Source of the DNA: Candidatus Borrarchaeum weybense
GTDB lineage: Archaea > Asgardarchaeota > Sifarchaeia > Borrarchaeales > Borrarchaeaceae
NCBI GenBank assembly: GCA_019057385.1
Contig: JAHQJS010000007.1
Location: forward strand, 651,685-715,684
Length of the DNA stretch: 64,000 nt
Reading direction: 5' to 3'
Under the pieces are notes generated by a model that did no database searches, was not told where the DNA came from, and was given only the letters and a program-made list of their open reading frames with translations. This document shows positions 29,597 through 40,600 of this stretch, one piece after another (positions within the stretch are counted from its first letter, which is position 1; every line of letters begins with the position of its first letter). Both the position numbers and the translations under genes were made by a program.

Positions 29597-30178
29597 GTGA
29601 AAGAACTGAGGAGAATTGCTATGAGTTTAGTGATGATAACTCTGCTTCTTACAATAGTTACCCCAGTATTCGCTGTAGAAAGTCTAACAGATGAGGATTA
29701 CTTTGTAAATGTTAATGCAGATGGCTCAGGATTTCGTATCGAATACGGCAAAGGCAATAATAATAATGAACTAGTCATTTGGAGTTTTTACGAATTTGAT
29801 GATGAAAACGAAGATCACAAGTTTCAAGATAATGAATTAATCGAGGCTACATACAGATTTAGTGGAGACACTTTAGAAAGAAAACAAAGACATGAACCTC
29901 AAACGAATATCGATGAGGAATGGCTTCATTATAGATTTAAATTTGAAGATGGAACAAGAATAGCATTTACAATCTATTTAAGAAGACCAAATCTTGTAGT
30001 CGACATCCAAGTAGTGCAGTACGATAAGAAACAACCATGGAATGATATAACAATCATTTATGAAATAAATGGCAATGGCAAATCTGCAGTGTTTGAGTAT
30101 CAGGCAACAGAACAAACAATCACAACAAAACTCAACCGTAACTTCCTTGATGATTTTATCGATTCGCTACCGTTCTAA
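29597..30178 (+). CDS. Secreted hypothetical protein
   Basis: Signal peptide RRIAMSLVMITLLLTIVTPVFA; true start may be 29606 or 29621. Confidence 0.65.
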   Translation: MKELRRIAMSLVMITLLLTIVTPVFAVESLTDEDYFVNVNADGSGFRIEYGKGNNNNELVIWSFYEFDDENEDHKFQDNELIEATYRFSGDTLERKQRHEPQTNIDEEWLHYRFKFEDGTRIAFTIYLRRPNLVVDIQVVQYDKKQPWNDITIIYEINGNGKSAVFEYQATEQTITTKLNRNFLDDFIDSLPF

Positions 30179-30510
30179 TATTCTGTTATTCATTTCTTTT
30201 TTGATCTTTTTTTATTCAAATTTTTGAATTCCAAGATAATATCGAGAAATTTCAAATAATAAAATCTAATAAAGCAGAGAATTACAGACATATCACATTG
30301 AGTGATTAAAATGTTTCAAACTATTTCTTTTTTTCCTACAGTTGATCCTTCTTTTATTTTTCATATCAAGTTGTCACTCTAAGGAAAATCAAAAAAAGAG
30401 ATAGATAGCAATAGTCCTATCGAATGGCTTTTTTATACTCATACGGTATATATTATATGAAATTTGAATCATAGTGATATAGCGATCAAAACCAATAGAA
30501 GGTGATTTAA

Positions 30511-30870
30511 ATGGAGGATAAAATCCCTCCACAAAAAGTTAGGTTTAATTACAAAAAAGCAGACGATTATCGAATAATCTTTGCGAATGGAGCATATGGA
30601 GGATTTACTCCAAGAAAAGAATTAATGTTTCATTTCTTTCACGAATATAAGGAAACTCCAGAAACAGAGGTAATGGCAATAGGAGAAGACGGTTCACCTA
30701 CACCAATAAGAAAAGATATTCCTGAAGAGATTGAAATGACAAGAGAACTAAAAGTTGGAATTGTTTTAACCATTGAGGAAGCATTTAGTATTGGAAGGTG
30801 GATGTTAGATAAAGTAGAAGAGTTTAAAAAAGCTGCCGAAGATAAATCTTCAGAAATTAAAATAGAATAA
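30511..30870 (+). CDS. Conserved hypothetical protein (DUF3467-like)
   Basis: FANGAYGGFTP..ELMFHFF.E motif; AGGTGA SD. Confidence 0.6.
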   Translation: MEDKIPPQKVRFNYKKADDYRIIFANGAYGGFTPRKELMFHFFHEYKETPETEVMAIGEDGSPTPIRKDIPEEIEMTRELKVGIVLTIEEAFSIGRWMLDKVEEFKKAAEDKSSEIKIE

Positions 30871-30889
30871 TACAAAGGAAGGAAGATGA

Positions 30890-31402
30890 TTGTATAAAGC
30901 CTCATCCGATTCACAGATTTTACCTTGGATAGAAGAAAGTGCAAATCCAGATGGTAAAACTCTTATTGGAAAAATTTATTGGACTTCACAAGCTATATCA
31001 CAATCTGAAGAACAACTTTGGACTTTTTTCATGAAAAGTATTTTGGAATTAATGGAACCAGAATTAGAAAAACCACTATTAACTCAGCAATTCCTGAACA
31101 TTCTTATAACTCAAAAGGTCTTAAAAGAACCATTATTTACTAAGGAAATTCTGAACGTAATAGTAGCTCAAAGTGCTTCTAAAAAGGATATCGAAGAATT
31201 TGATAAGGCATTTGAGTTATATAAACAAGAAAGGATTTCTTTAGGTAAAGCCGCAGAACTATGTGGTTTATATTATGACGAAATGCTTGCAGAGATAAAA
31301 AAAAGAGAATTAAACTTCTTTTTTGGTCCGAGAACTTTGGAAGAGGCAAAGAAAGGTGAAGAAGTTATTGATAAATACATGAGAAAGCGCAAAGAGGGAT
31401 AA
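30890..31402 (+). CDS. UPF0175-family antitoxin with N-terminal extension
   Basis: AFELYKQERISLGKAAELCGL....L..IKKR. Confidence 0.8.
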   Translation: MYKASSDSQILPWIEESANPDGKTLIGKIYWTSQAISQSEEQLWTFFMKSILELMEPELEKPLLTQQFLNILITQKVLKEPLFTKEILNVIVAQSASKKDIEEFDKAFELYKQERISLGKAAELCGLYYDEMLAEIKKRELNFFFGPRTLEEAKKGEEVIDKYMRKRKEG

Positions 31403-31860
31403 TTATTATTGTCTTAAATAATTCCTCTTTATCAGCAGCCAAGAAAATAGATGCTTTTGATATCTTGTATAAGTCATTTGAAAAGATTGTTATACCAAAT
31501 GGTGTCTTGAGAGAGTTTTCAAGAAAGTTTACTGAAGTGCCAGACTTCATTGAAGTAATTGAATTGGACAATGATCAAAAAGAACGAGCAAACATTCTGG
31601 GACTCGGCCTTGGAGAAAACGAAGGAATAATTCTAGCAAAAGATTTCGGTGTTCCTTTTGTTACCGATGACGGCGCAGTTAGAAATTTATGTGAAGAAAC
31701 TAACGTTGAATACTTTGGAATATTTGAACTTGTTCGAAAAGCATATATAAATTGTGTAATTTCAAGAGAACGACTTGAGAGTATAGTGAAGAAGTTACAA
31801 AATAATCTGTATTGCAAGCAATGGCTTATTGACTATGTTTTGAGTGCTGAAAAGCAATAA
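31399..31860 (+). CDS. PIN-domain toxin (DUF3368-like)
   Basis: In-frame extension IIVLNNSSL upstream of TTG 31465; IVIP..V.RE, LGLGE.E.I.LA, TDD. Confidence 0.8.
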   Translation: MIIIVLNNSSLSAAKKIDAFDILYKSFEKIVIPNGVLREFSRKFTEVPDFIEVIELDNDQKERANILGLGLGENEGIILAKDFGVPFVTDDGAVRNLCEETNVEYFGIFELVRKAYINCVISRERLESIVKKLQNNLYCKQWLIDYVLSAEKQ

Positions 31861-32195
31861 ATCTCAACAATATGTTTAGTAGTTTTTCTTTATCTATCAT
31901 AGGTTTCTATATATTTATTTCGATGTAAAATCAAAAAGCAGTACTATAAAAAAGAAATTTAATTCTAAACTTTGAACACCAATAAAATATAATTATTTCT
32001 CCTTGAAGATAAACTTGAAAATTGTTTGGATATTTATGATAAAATAAATATCCAAAGTAATAGTTGCGTGAAATTCTGGTTTCATGTAACTCATTTATAA
32101 ATAAACAGTTGATGAGTAATACTCAAAATTCAAAATATAGAGTTTTAGGAAGGGTAACTTTAGGGTATCTTGCCCAAATTTTGGAGGAGGAGACT

Positions 32196-33176
32196 GTGGC
32201 TAAGGAATTGGTGATACCTTGGGAATTCAAATATAAATGGACCATGGGAGGTTGGACAACCTGGCTCAAAGCATACCATTATGCTATCCGCGAGAAATAT
32301 GGTCCAGAAGCAGCACTTGAAATCTATGAAAGAACTTGCAAAATGGATGATAGAATAAAGAATATGACGGAAACAGTTCTAAAGGTCTTTAAACTGGAGG
32401 GAAACGATGCTGAAACAATAGGGACGTGGTGGAACATCTGGCATGAACTCACGGGGACGAGAGGTACTATAATTGAGTGGTCTAAAACAGCCTATAGATT
32501 TAAAGTCACTAAGTGTCCGACTAAAACAGAGACCAAAGATATCAGCGGTTGGTCGATAATACGTGCAAATCATATTACTAACGCCATAAATCCAAAAGCT
32601 GTCTTTGAACGACCTAAAGCAATGTGTGCAGGAGATTCATATTGCGAATATGTTTGGAAAATAGAAGAAAGTACCCCGATTAAGGGCGCTGAGGAGATTA
32701 TGGCTAAGAAAGTAGTGATACCTTGGGAACTAAAATACAAATTTGCTATGGGAGGTTGGGCATCCTACCTAAAAGCCTATCATTATGCTATCCGCGAGAA
32801 ATATGGTCCAAAAGCAGCACTTGAAATGTATGAAAGAATTAGCACTATGGATGACAGAGTAAAGAATGGTACAAAAACACTTCAACAGATCTTCAATCTA
32901 GAGGGAAACGATATTGAAACTATTAGGAAATGGTGGGAAATCTGGGCTGAACTTGTTGGGCAGGAAATTATTATACTTGAGCGGTCTAAAACCATCAATA
33001 GAACTAAATACACTAAGTGTCCGTACAAAACAGAGCCCAAAGATATCAGCGATTGGTGCACAATATTCGGTAATATTGTTAATAAGACCATAAATCCAAA
33101 GGCTACCACTGAACGACCTAAAGGGATGTGTGCTGGAGATCCTTATTGTGAATTCATTTGGAAAATAGAAGAGTGA
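32196..33176 (+). CDS. Tandem-duplicated V4R/ATC-hydrolase-like ligand-binding protein
   Basis: Two near-identical ~160 aa units ending PK.MCAGD.YCE..WKIEE; GTG start after GGAGGAG. Confidence 0.75.
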   Translation: MAKELVIPWEFKYKWTMGGWTTWLKAYHYAIREKYGPEAALEIYERTCKMDDRIKNMTETVLKVFKLEGNDAETIGTWWNIWHELTGTRGTIIEWSKTAYRFKVTKCPTKTETKDISGWSIIRANHITNAINPKAVFERPKAMCAGDSYCEYVWKIEESTPIKGAEEIMAKKVVIPWELKYKFAMGGWASYLKAYHYAIREKYGPKAALEMYERISTMDDRVKNGTKTLQQIFNLEGNDIETIRKWWEIWAELVGQEIIILERSKTINRTKYTKCPYKTEPKDISDWCTIFGNIVNKTINPKATTERPKGMCAGDPYCEFIWKIEE

Positions 33177-33257
33177 ACCTTGTCTTCAAAATTCTTCACT
33201 TCGAGTTAAATTCTCACTCTATTCATTTAAAAAACAAAGGACTGGAAATAATCTATT

Positions 33258-34070
33258 TTAAAACATAACAAATCGACTTAGTCTTTCTAATTTTTGATAG
33301 AAGGGTTCTCGTTCTTTTAATCTGATAATTTGAGCATATTTATCAGAAAGAGCGACAGACAAACTATCTCCTGCCTTTATTTCAAGATGTACCATATGAT
33401 CGTACTCTAAATAGCCCCTATTTTTTGTTATTTTTACAAAAAACCTATCACTTGTAACTATCGGTGGTACACGAGCTGAGATGGGGGATATTACCATTAC
33501 GTCTCCTTTGTGTATGATAGGACCATAAACATTGAAGTTATATGCAGTAGATCCCACTGGTGTTGCGAAAATTAATCCATCAGCTTTTACATCGCGAGGA
33601 TAGAATCTTTCAGTTGTACCTTCGTTCTTTACATAGAGACCGAAATGTATGCTGGAGGGACTATCTCCCCTAAAGAGTCGAACTTCATTCAGAGCGTGAT
33701 ATGTTTCGCCTTTAAATTCAAATCCTATTTTTCGATATTCTTCGATGGTATGATCTTGAAGAAGTTGTTCTAATGCGATATCCAAGTCCTGCACTCTAAA
33801 ATCAGCGTAAAATCCTAAACTTTTTTCTGATCTCCCTCCAATTGGAAGAACAGGTCCATCGAATTCATTCACCGCTTTTAGAAGTGTACCATCACCACCA
33901 ACTGAGATACAAATATCAGCATTTGTATCCACTACATCAAATAGCTGATACACTTTCTCTAATTCTGGATAATTCTGTTTAATCACTAGTTTTACTTTTT
34001 TTATATCTTCGAGACGCTGCATGTCGTCTATAACAGGGGGAGCCACTCTTCTTGAAGAGTGGTAGTTCAT
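33258..34070 (-). CDS. nadK: NAD(+) kinase
   Basis: GGDGTLL, LNE, ADGLIFATPVGSTAY. Confidence 0.88.
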   Translation of the reverse strand: MNYHSSRRVAPPVIDDMQRLEDIKKVKLVIKQNYPELEKVYQLFDVVDTNADICISVGGDGTLLKAVNEFDGPVLPIGGRSEKSLGFYADFRVQDLDIALEQLLQDHTIEEYRKIGFEFKGETYHALNEVRLFRGDSPSSIHFGLYVKNEGTTERFYPRDVKADGLIFATPVGSTAYNFNVYGPIIHKGDVMVISPISARVPPIVTSDRFFVKITKNRGYLEYDHMVHLEIKAGDSLSVALSDKYAQIIRLKEREPFYQKLERLSRFVMF

Positions 34071-34121
34071 AGAATCACCTCAAGAAATCCACTCACCTAA
34101 GTTATGGACGGTTCACCCTAT

Positions 34122-35063
34122 TTAATCATCCTCTTCATAATCTTTCCAATACTTTTCACCATAAAAGGATTCTGCTTTTGGAACGACCATTTCAACAACA
34201 TAATAATGGTCAGCCTTTCTAAATATATCGTTAAAGAAGTCTACATAGGGACTTTTGCAGTATGGACAAAGGCAGTTTGCCAAATACTTGAATTGACCTC
34301 CACAAGTACATGGAACGAAGTGATCTTCAATTAGCTGATAATTCTCAAGATTGAGCTGAATATCATAATCTGAAAAATCATAGGGTTGACTGAAAGGTGA
34401 AATTCGCTTCGCAGATAACTTATCTAACAATCTATCATACTTTTGATCGAATAAGGACACAGCCAGATAATTAGTACAGCGATCACAGTAGTAATAATCG
34501 ACATCTGAAAAGCCGACATGAAACATCCGAAACATGAAGAATTTGCCACAGAAATCACATGAACTGATAAATCGATTGTTTCCTGGTGTTACCCTTCCCG
34601 ATGTCACAAAACCACGTTCAAAAACTGTAGCACCTTTCTCTACCTCTATGACGTGATCATTCTTTTCAGAGGGTATCTGGAAGTGATCAAATCGATACAT
34701 GATTGTTGAGTATTCAACTTCCTGGTTTAATTCACCTTCTATAATAGTTAGGAATAAGATCCGATATAGATTGATATCAAGATAAATGCTTAAGGTTTTG
34801 CCAGCTAAATCATCCATATTTTGGAGGAAAAACTCATATCGCTTGATTAGCACTTCTTTTCCTAATTCATGGGTCATAAAATCGAGATAAAGTCTCTTTT
34901 CCTGATAATCTTCGTCAACAGTATATTGGATCGCTTCTGAAATACTTAAAGGAGTATTACTTGCAAACGCGCAAACAATTTTATTATTTATTTTTAGTGA
35001 AATTGTTTTATCCAAAACTTCATTTTCTTCTATCGAATTTAATTCATCTTGCATTTGCATCAC
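34122..35063 (-). CDS. Hypothetical Cys-rich protein
   Basis: CDFC, YCDRC, CTCGG, CPYC. Confidence 0.65.
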   Translation of the reverse strand: MMQMQDELNSIEENEVLDKTISLKINNKIVCAFASNTPLSISEAIQYTVDEDYQEKRLYLDFMTHELGKEVLIKRYEFFLQNMDDLAGKTLSIYLDINLYRILFLTIIEGELNQEVEYSTIMYRFDHFQIPSEKNDHVIEVEKGATVFERGFVTSGRVTPGNNRFISSCDFCGKFFMFRMFHVGFSDVDYYYCDRCTNYLAVSLFDQKYDRLLDKLSAKRISPFSQPYDFSDYDIQLNLENYQLIEDHFVPCTCGGQFKYLANCLCPYCKSPYVDFFNDIFRKADHYYVVEMVVPKAESFYGEKYWKDYEEDD

Positions 35064-35217
35064 CTAAAAATACTATACTTGTACATATTAATCTGGGCTT
35101 TCATTTAGGTGATTTTTGCAACCTCAGAAAAATCTCAGGCGTTTTTTGCCTAATTTCTACTTTTCTTACTAGATTTGAAAAACTCAAATTCCAAAAAAAA
35201 TAGACTTTCATACCTTA

Positions 35218-35646
35218 TTATTCATCGTAAGGTTTTCTTAAAGAAATCAAATATCTACGGATCTTTGTAGCGATTCTTTCCATCGTATCTAGAGCCACAC
35301 CAAGCATATAAGTACGAATTCTGACTTGACGTTCTTGTTTCGGTTTTGGAATGTAACAACAAAGCATTATTTCATCAATAATATCCCGGATAAGCACCGT
35401 TCCTTTGCTACTTTCAATTATTGAGGTTTGATGATAACCTGCATGTAGTTCTTCTATTGCTTTATTCGCTGTCGCATGAATAACAGCAGCTAGAGGAGTA
35501 AGTAGATCGATATCAGGTGCCTTTTCCGCATTGATTGAATATGCTATAGCAAATCCCTCTTTGGTGCATAAAACACTGATTGCAATTTCAGAGGATTCAT
35601 CTATTTCTGAAAGAACTTGCATAAGAGCTTTATCTCGAACAAGCAA
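35218..35646 (-). CDS. Roadblock/LAMTOR-domain protein
   Basis: VL.EI....I..SVLCTKEGF.IA...A...ATA.KAIEEL..G...IIE..KG. Confidence 0.8.
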   Translation of the reverse strand: MLVRDKALMQVLSEIDESSEIAISVLCTKEGFAIAYSINAEKAPDIDLLTPLAAVIHATANKAIEELHAGYHQTSIIESSKGTVLIRDIIDEIMLCCYIPKPKQERQVRIRTYMLGVALDTMERIATKIRRYLISLRKPYDE

Positions 35647-35831
35647 AATAGCATCAACACCAGTGTTGCAATAAACTGAAATCTTATACTTGGTTGCTCG
35701 TTATCAAATCTTTCCAATGATGTTTCATAAATTTTGTGAATAAATGGTACGGCAAAATAGCTTTATTGCTAACAAAGTTTTATAAACGGGATTGTTGAGA
35801 TAGCGAATTGTCACATTCGGAGGTAGAAAAA

Positions 35832-36080
35832 ATGACGATAAATGTACTAAAATTAGCAAGAAGATCACGAAAAGGATCTGAGTTTCGACATGGGAGAGGA
35901 AAAGAAACTATTTCCCCTAAAAGGGATATCAGGGCGATATTACAGCTAATCTTATCAATTGTAGTTTTCTTTGTGAGTCTTTACATCATTTTTATTGGAT
36001 CGTTCTCGGATAATGCAGAAAAACTGGCGTTCAGTATGCTTGGTGCAGTTATTGCCTTCTGGCTGACACCAGTCGGCTAA
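35832..36080 (+). CDS. Small two-TM membrane protein
   Basis: GGAGGT SD before ATG 35832; two hydrophobic helices. Confidence 0.55.
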   Translation: MTINVLKLARRSRKGSEFRHGRGKETISPKRDIRAILQLILSIVVFFVSLYIIFIGSFSDNAEKLAFSMLGAVIAFWLTPVG

Positions 36081-36082
36081 CT

Positions 36083-37498
36083 TCAATCTATTTTAAGCAA
36101 TCGCTTAGTTTCGTTAATTTTTTTTCTTAATTGGGGTGTAATTTCCTGTTCTTTTTTGATAACACGAAGTAAGTTTTTAATGTTCTCTACTTGTTGAGTC
36201 TGACCTGTCTGGATGTCTAGTCCTGTATAAAGTTCATAAGATTTTTTAAAACAGTCTAAAGACTTATTATAATCACCTAATTCCTGAGTTAGTAGACCTA
36301 TATCCTGCAAATCTTGCGCTTGATGTTTTTTATCATTGGTTTCTAAATCAATTTTATAGACTTCTTGAAAAATTCCTAGTGCCTTTGATAAGTCGCCATT
36401 CTTTTTGTACAACAAACCTAGATTCGCGAGACCATCTGATAGTTTTGATATATCGTTTAGTTCTTTAAATAATTTAGTAGCTTCGTGAAATTCGAAAATA
36501 GCTTCGTTAACTTTATTTAATCGAAAATAAAGAAACCCTGAATTATGAGATGTTTCAGCCATACCAGGTCTATGATCAATCTGAGAATATATCTCATGTG
36601 CATCTTGATTATATTTCAAGGATTCTGCCCAGTCCCCTTGATTTTTAAAAATCAATCCTAAATAACGTAAGGCATATGCCTGTCCTGTAAGACTATTTAT
36701 TTCTTTGTATATTTCAAGTGCTTTTTTAAAATGTTCCGTTGCATTATTGTAATCCCTCTCGTTTAAGCAAGAGATACCTAAGTGAATTGCTTCATTAGCA
36801 ATCTTGCCCTTACCAGCAGATTCTACACCTATTTCCGCAATTTCTTTATCGACCTCTAGCTGTCGAAGACGAGATTGAATCCGCTCATTACTTGGATTAA
36901 TTTCCAAAGCTTTCTTTATGCAATCTATTGCTTCTCGGTAAGAAGTTAGGTTTTCATAACAAATACTCATATTATGATATGCGTCAAAGTCCTGTGGATT
37001 GATGCTAATTGCCCTCTCATACGCTTTTATTGCGTTTTCAAACTGATTCAGGTATCTATACGCATTACCAAGGTCAAACCAAGCGTCTCCGTCCTCTTGA
37101 TCAATATTGATTGCCTCTTTATAGCATTGTAATGATTTTTTAAAAAGATCAACTCTTCTATCCTCTTCTCTTGTCCAATGTGCTAATCGTTCAGCACAAT
37201 ACCCACAATGAATCCATGCCACTTTATGTAATGGATCAAGTTTTGTCACTTCTTTAAAGGCTTGAATAGCATCTTTATAAAAATCTTGTCTTGCCATTAT
37301 ACCTGGTGGGTTGTCTCCTAATTTTTCTTTGGCAGCACCAAGATAAAACCAACCATTAACATAACTACCGTCTATCTTAATAGCTTTTTCAAAGCAATCT
37401 ACTGCCTCCAGATAGTCAAATGAATTTCCTGTACTAGCTTTATCAAATCCTATTTTTGCCCACTCAGCTGCTGTTTTTCCATCAATTTTTTCTGTGAT
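36083..37498 (-). CDS. TPR repeat protein
   Basis: TPRs throughout; frame continues with a TPR for 67 codons upstream of ATG 37297, to an ATC preceded by GGGTGA. Confidence 0.85.
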   Translation of the reverse strand: MTEKIDGKTAAEWAKIGFDKASTGNSFDYLEAVDCFEKAIKIDGSYVNGWFYLGAAKEKLGDNPPGIMARQDFYKDAIQAFKEVTKLDPLHKVAWIHCGYCAERLAHWTREEDRRVDLFKKSLQCYKEAINIDQEDGDAWFDLGNAYRYLNQFENAIKAYERAISINPQDFDAYHNMSICYENLTSYREAIDCIKKALEINPSNERIQSRLRQLEVDKEIAEIGVESAGKGKIANEAIHLGISCLNERDYNNATEHFKKALEIYKEINSLTGQAYALRYLGLIFKNQGDWAESLKYNQDAHEIYSQIDHRPGMAETSHNSGFLYFRLNKVNEAIFEFHEATKLFKELNDISKLSDGLANLGLLYKKNGDLSKALGIFQEVYKIDLETNDKKHQAQDLQDIGLLTQELGDYNKSLDCFKKSYELYTGLDIQTGQTQQVENIKNLLRVIKKEQEITPQLRKKINETKRLLKID

Positions 37499-37689
37499 TT
37501 TGATTCACCCACCTTACTTTTTCCTATTCTGTTTTGATACGTTTTTAGGCTAAATGAAAATATCGAGCAAAGAACAAATAATAATAGAAGGAGAACTCGA
37601 ATATAAAGTAATAACGTTCGTTGGACCAAAAAAACTATTTCTGTTCCTTATTATTGAGTTCGAAAGTTCGATGAAAATTTAGTTTCAAT

Positions 37690-40600
37690 TTAATTTGTTT
37701 TAGGAAGAATCACGTGAAATGTACTTCCCTCTCCAACCTTACTTTCTACCCATATACTGCCACCATGCAATTTCACATATTCTTTTGAAATCGCAAGCCC
37801 TAATCCAGTGCGTGCGAATTCAGATTGAAAACGAGAAGATTCAGAGAAATCAGTTACATGGAAAGGTTGGAAAATCTTTTCAAACTCATTTTCTGGAATG
37901 CCAATTCCAGTATCTTTCACAGAAACATGGAGATTGAATTCTTCTTCTAGAATCTTAACTTCAATCATACCGCCATCAGGCGTATACTTTATAGCATTTG
38001 AAAGTAAATTTGTGAATACACTCCGGATCATGTCTTCATCGATTTGGATCTGAGGTAATTGATTTGGAGAATGAAGTTCAAGTTTATGACCATGAATTTT
38101 TGCAATTGGTAAGACTTCATTAATAACCTGACCGATGATTGTGTCAAGTGAGCCTGATTCCTGCTTTATTTTTCTTGTACCTGCTTCGAGCCGTGTATAA
38201 TCAAGAAGGTTATTAATAAGAGCCGCCAATCTATCTGCATTACGTGTTATAATCTTTATCTTATCGTGGACTTCATTAGGCAGTTCCCAATATCCATGTT
38301 CACTTTTTATTTTAAGAAGCTCTACATGTGCTTTCATCGCGCTTAAAGGGGTTCGAAGTTCATGTGCTGCTAAATTAATGAACTGAGATTTTATTTTTTC
38401 CACTTTCTTCTTTTCAGTGATATCACGAACAATACCCCACATTCCCGTTGCTTTACCTTCTTGGTCTTTTATGACCCAGCTCCTTGTTGAGACCGGGAAG
38501 ATTTTTCCATCATTCCTAATCCCTTCTGCTTCAAATTCATCTGAATAGCCTCGTTGAATTATTTGATTTGTAATAATCTTTGAAATCTTAGCATTCCATT
38601 TTTTAGGTGTGAGTTCAAAGAAGTTCATTTTATTGAGATCTTGCTTAGTGTATCCAATCATATCTACTAAAGCTTGATTACAGTCTATAATGTTTCCTTC
38701 TAGGTCAATGGAAACGATGCCATCTATTGAAGATTCATACAAACCTCTATAGCGCTCCTTTGAGTCCTTGAGATCTGAGGTCCTCTGTTCAACTATTCGT
38801 TCAAGATTTTCTGTATATTCCTTAATCTTTTCCTCTGCTTGCTTCTGAGCAGTAATATCTCGAATAATACCCCAAATTCCAATTATTTCGCCTTCCTGAT
38901 TTTTTATGGGCCATCCTCTGATAGCAACTGGGACAGTTGTCCCATCTTTTTGGATATATTCTTTTTCGAATTCTTCTGCATAGCCTAATTCAAGTAATTG
39001 GCGATGATTTTCTTTACTGGCCTTATACCATCTTTTAGGCGTGATGTTGAAGATGTTAATGTCACGTAGTTCTTCCTTGCGATAACCGAGCATTTCTGCA
39101 AATGCCTGATTGCATTCAATTATATGTCCTTCTGAGTCCAATGAGACTATACCATCAATAGATGAGTCATATAGTCCACGATAACGCTCTTCTGAATCTT
39201 TTAGAGCATTTTCTAGTTCTTTTCGTCCTGTGATATCCTTAATAGTTTCTACAACTGCTACTACGTTTCCTTCAGCGTCTTTCATTGGAGAACTTGTAAC
39301 CAAAGTATTCATCCAACTTCCGTCTAAGCGTCTGACTGTTTGTTCCGAAGCAAATCTTTGTCCTTCAGTAAACACTGTTTCGACGGTACATTCAGGGCAT
39401 GGTTTATCAAAACCTTTATACGTTTTATAGCATTTTTTACCTATGACGTCTCCCCATATATCTTGTGTAGATTCATTTGCCCAGATTATGTCTAATTCCT
39501 CATTTTGGATCGTGATAAGATCTCCTATACCCGCTAAAATTGCTTTTTGTTTTTCTTCAGAGTCACTTAAGGCTTTTGTCCTTTCCTCGACAAGATTTTC
39601 GAGGTTTTCTGTATAATCTTTAAGTTGCTTTTCCAAATTCTTTAATTCAGTTATATCCTTAGCGACCTCTACAACCGCAAAAATATTTCCCTCAGCATTT
39701 CGTACAGGAGAACTGGTAACTAAAACGTTGCTAATTGTTCCATTTGTATTCATATGAGATTGCTCTGTTACTACTGTTTTCCCTTCATTGAATACTGCTT
39801 CAACAGTACATTCGGGGCAAGGTTTAGTTAAGCCCTTATATGCCCTATAACACTTTCTTCCAACAATATCTCCATAACGATCTCTCACTGCTTGATTTAT
39901 CCAGATGACGTCCAAATCTTTGTTATGAATTCCAACAAGATCTCCTATTCCAGTTAATATTGCTGTTAATCTTTCTTCTGATTCTTTAAAGGCCTTTGTT
40001 CTTTCTTCGACGAGTTTTTCAAGGTTTTCAGTATAGCTTGTTATTTTTTTCTCCATCTGTTTACGTTCTGTTATATCTCTTCCAATAAGAATAATCCCTG
40101 CTAAATTATCCTCGTTGTCTTGCATTATTGATGACGAGAATGAAATAGGGATAAGATATCCATTCTTCGTTTTAATGTTCATCTCAACATCGTTGACATT
40201 TCCTGCTTTTATTAGATTATCAAATACACAACCTACGGAACCTGGATTATCATTTTTATTAATCAAAATGTTCTCTAAAGGCATCTGAATCATTTCATGT
40301 TCTTTATATTCAAGAAGTTGTAACGAAGCTAGATTAGCTGAAATTATTTTTCCTTCTGGACTAACCAAAAAAAGGGCATCAGACATGGTAGCAATAACAC
40401 TGTCTGCTGCTGTTGATGGTGATAGAATGAACAACTCATGTCTTAGAATTGCATACCCAATGAAAAAACTTCCTAGGACTGCTGAAGATGCGGTAAATTC
40501 TGGAATTCTTATTTGAATTGAAGGTAATAACCATTCAGTAACAATACCAAGAAGTACTGGAAAAGAAATTCCAATCGATACATACTTTGCTTGTTTTTTC

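Noticed and set aside
38400-40100. DNA-level repeats within the histidine kinase
   Set aside because: Ordinary duplication of PAS/coiled-coil modules; no reverse transcriptase or adenine-biased variation to suggest a DGR.
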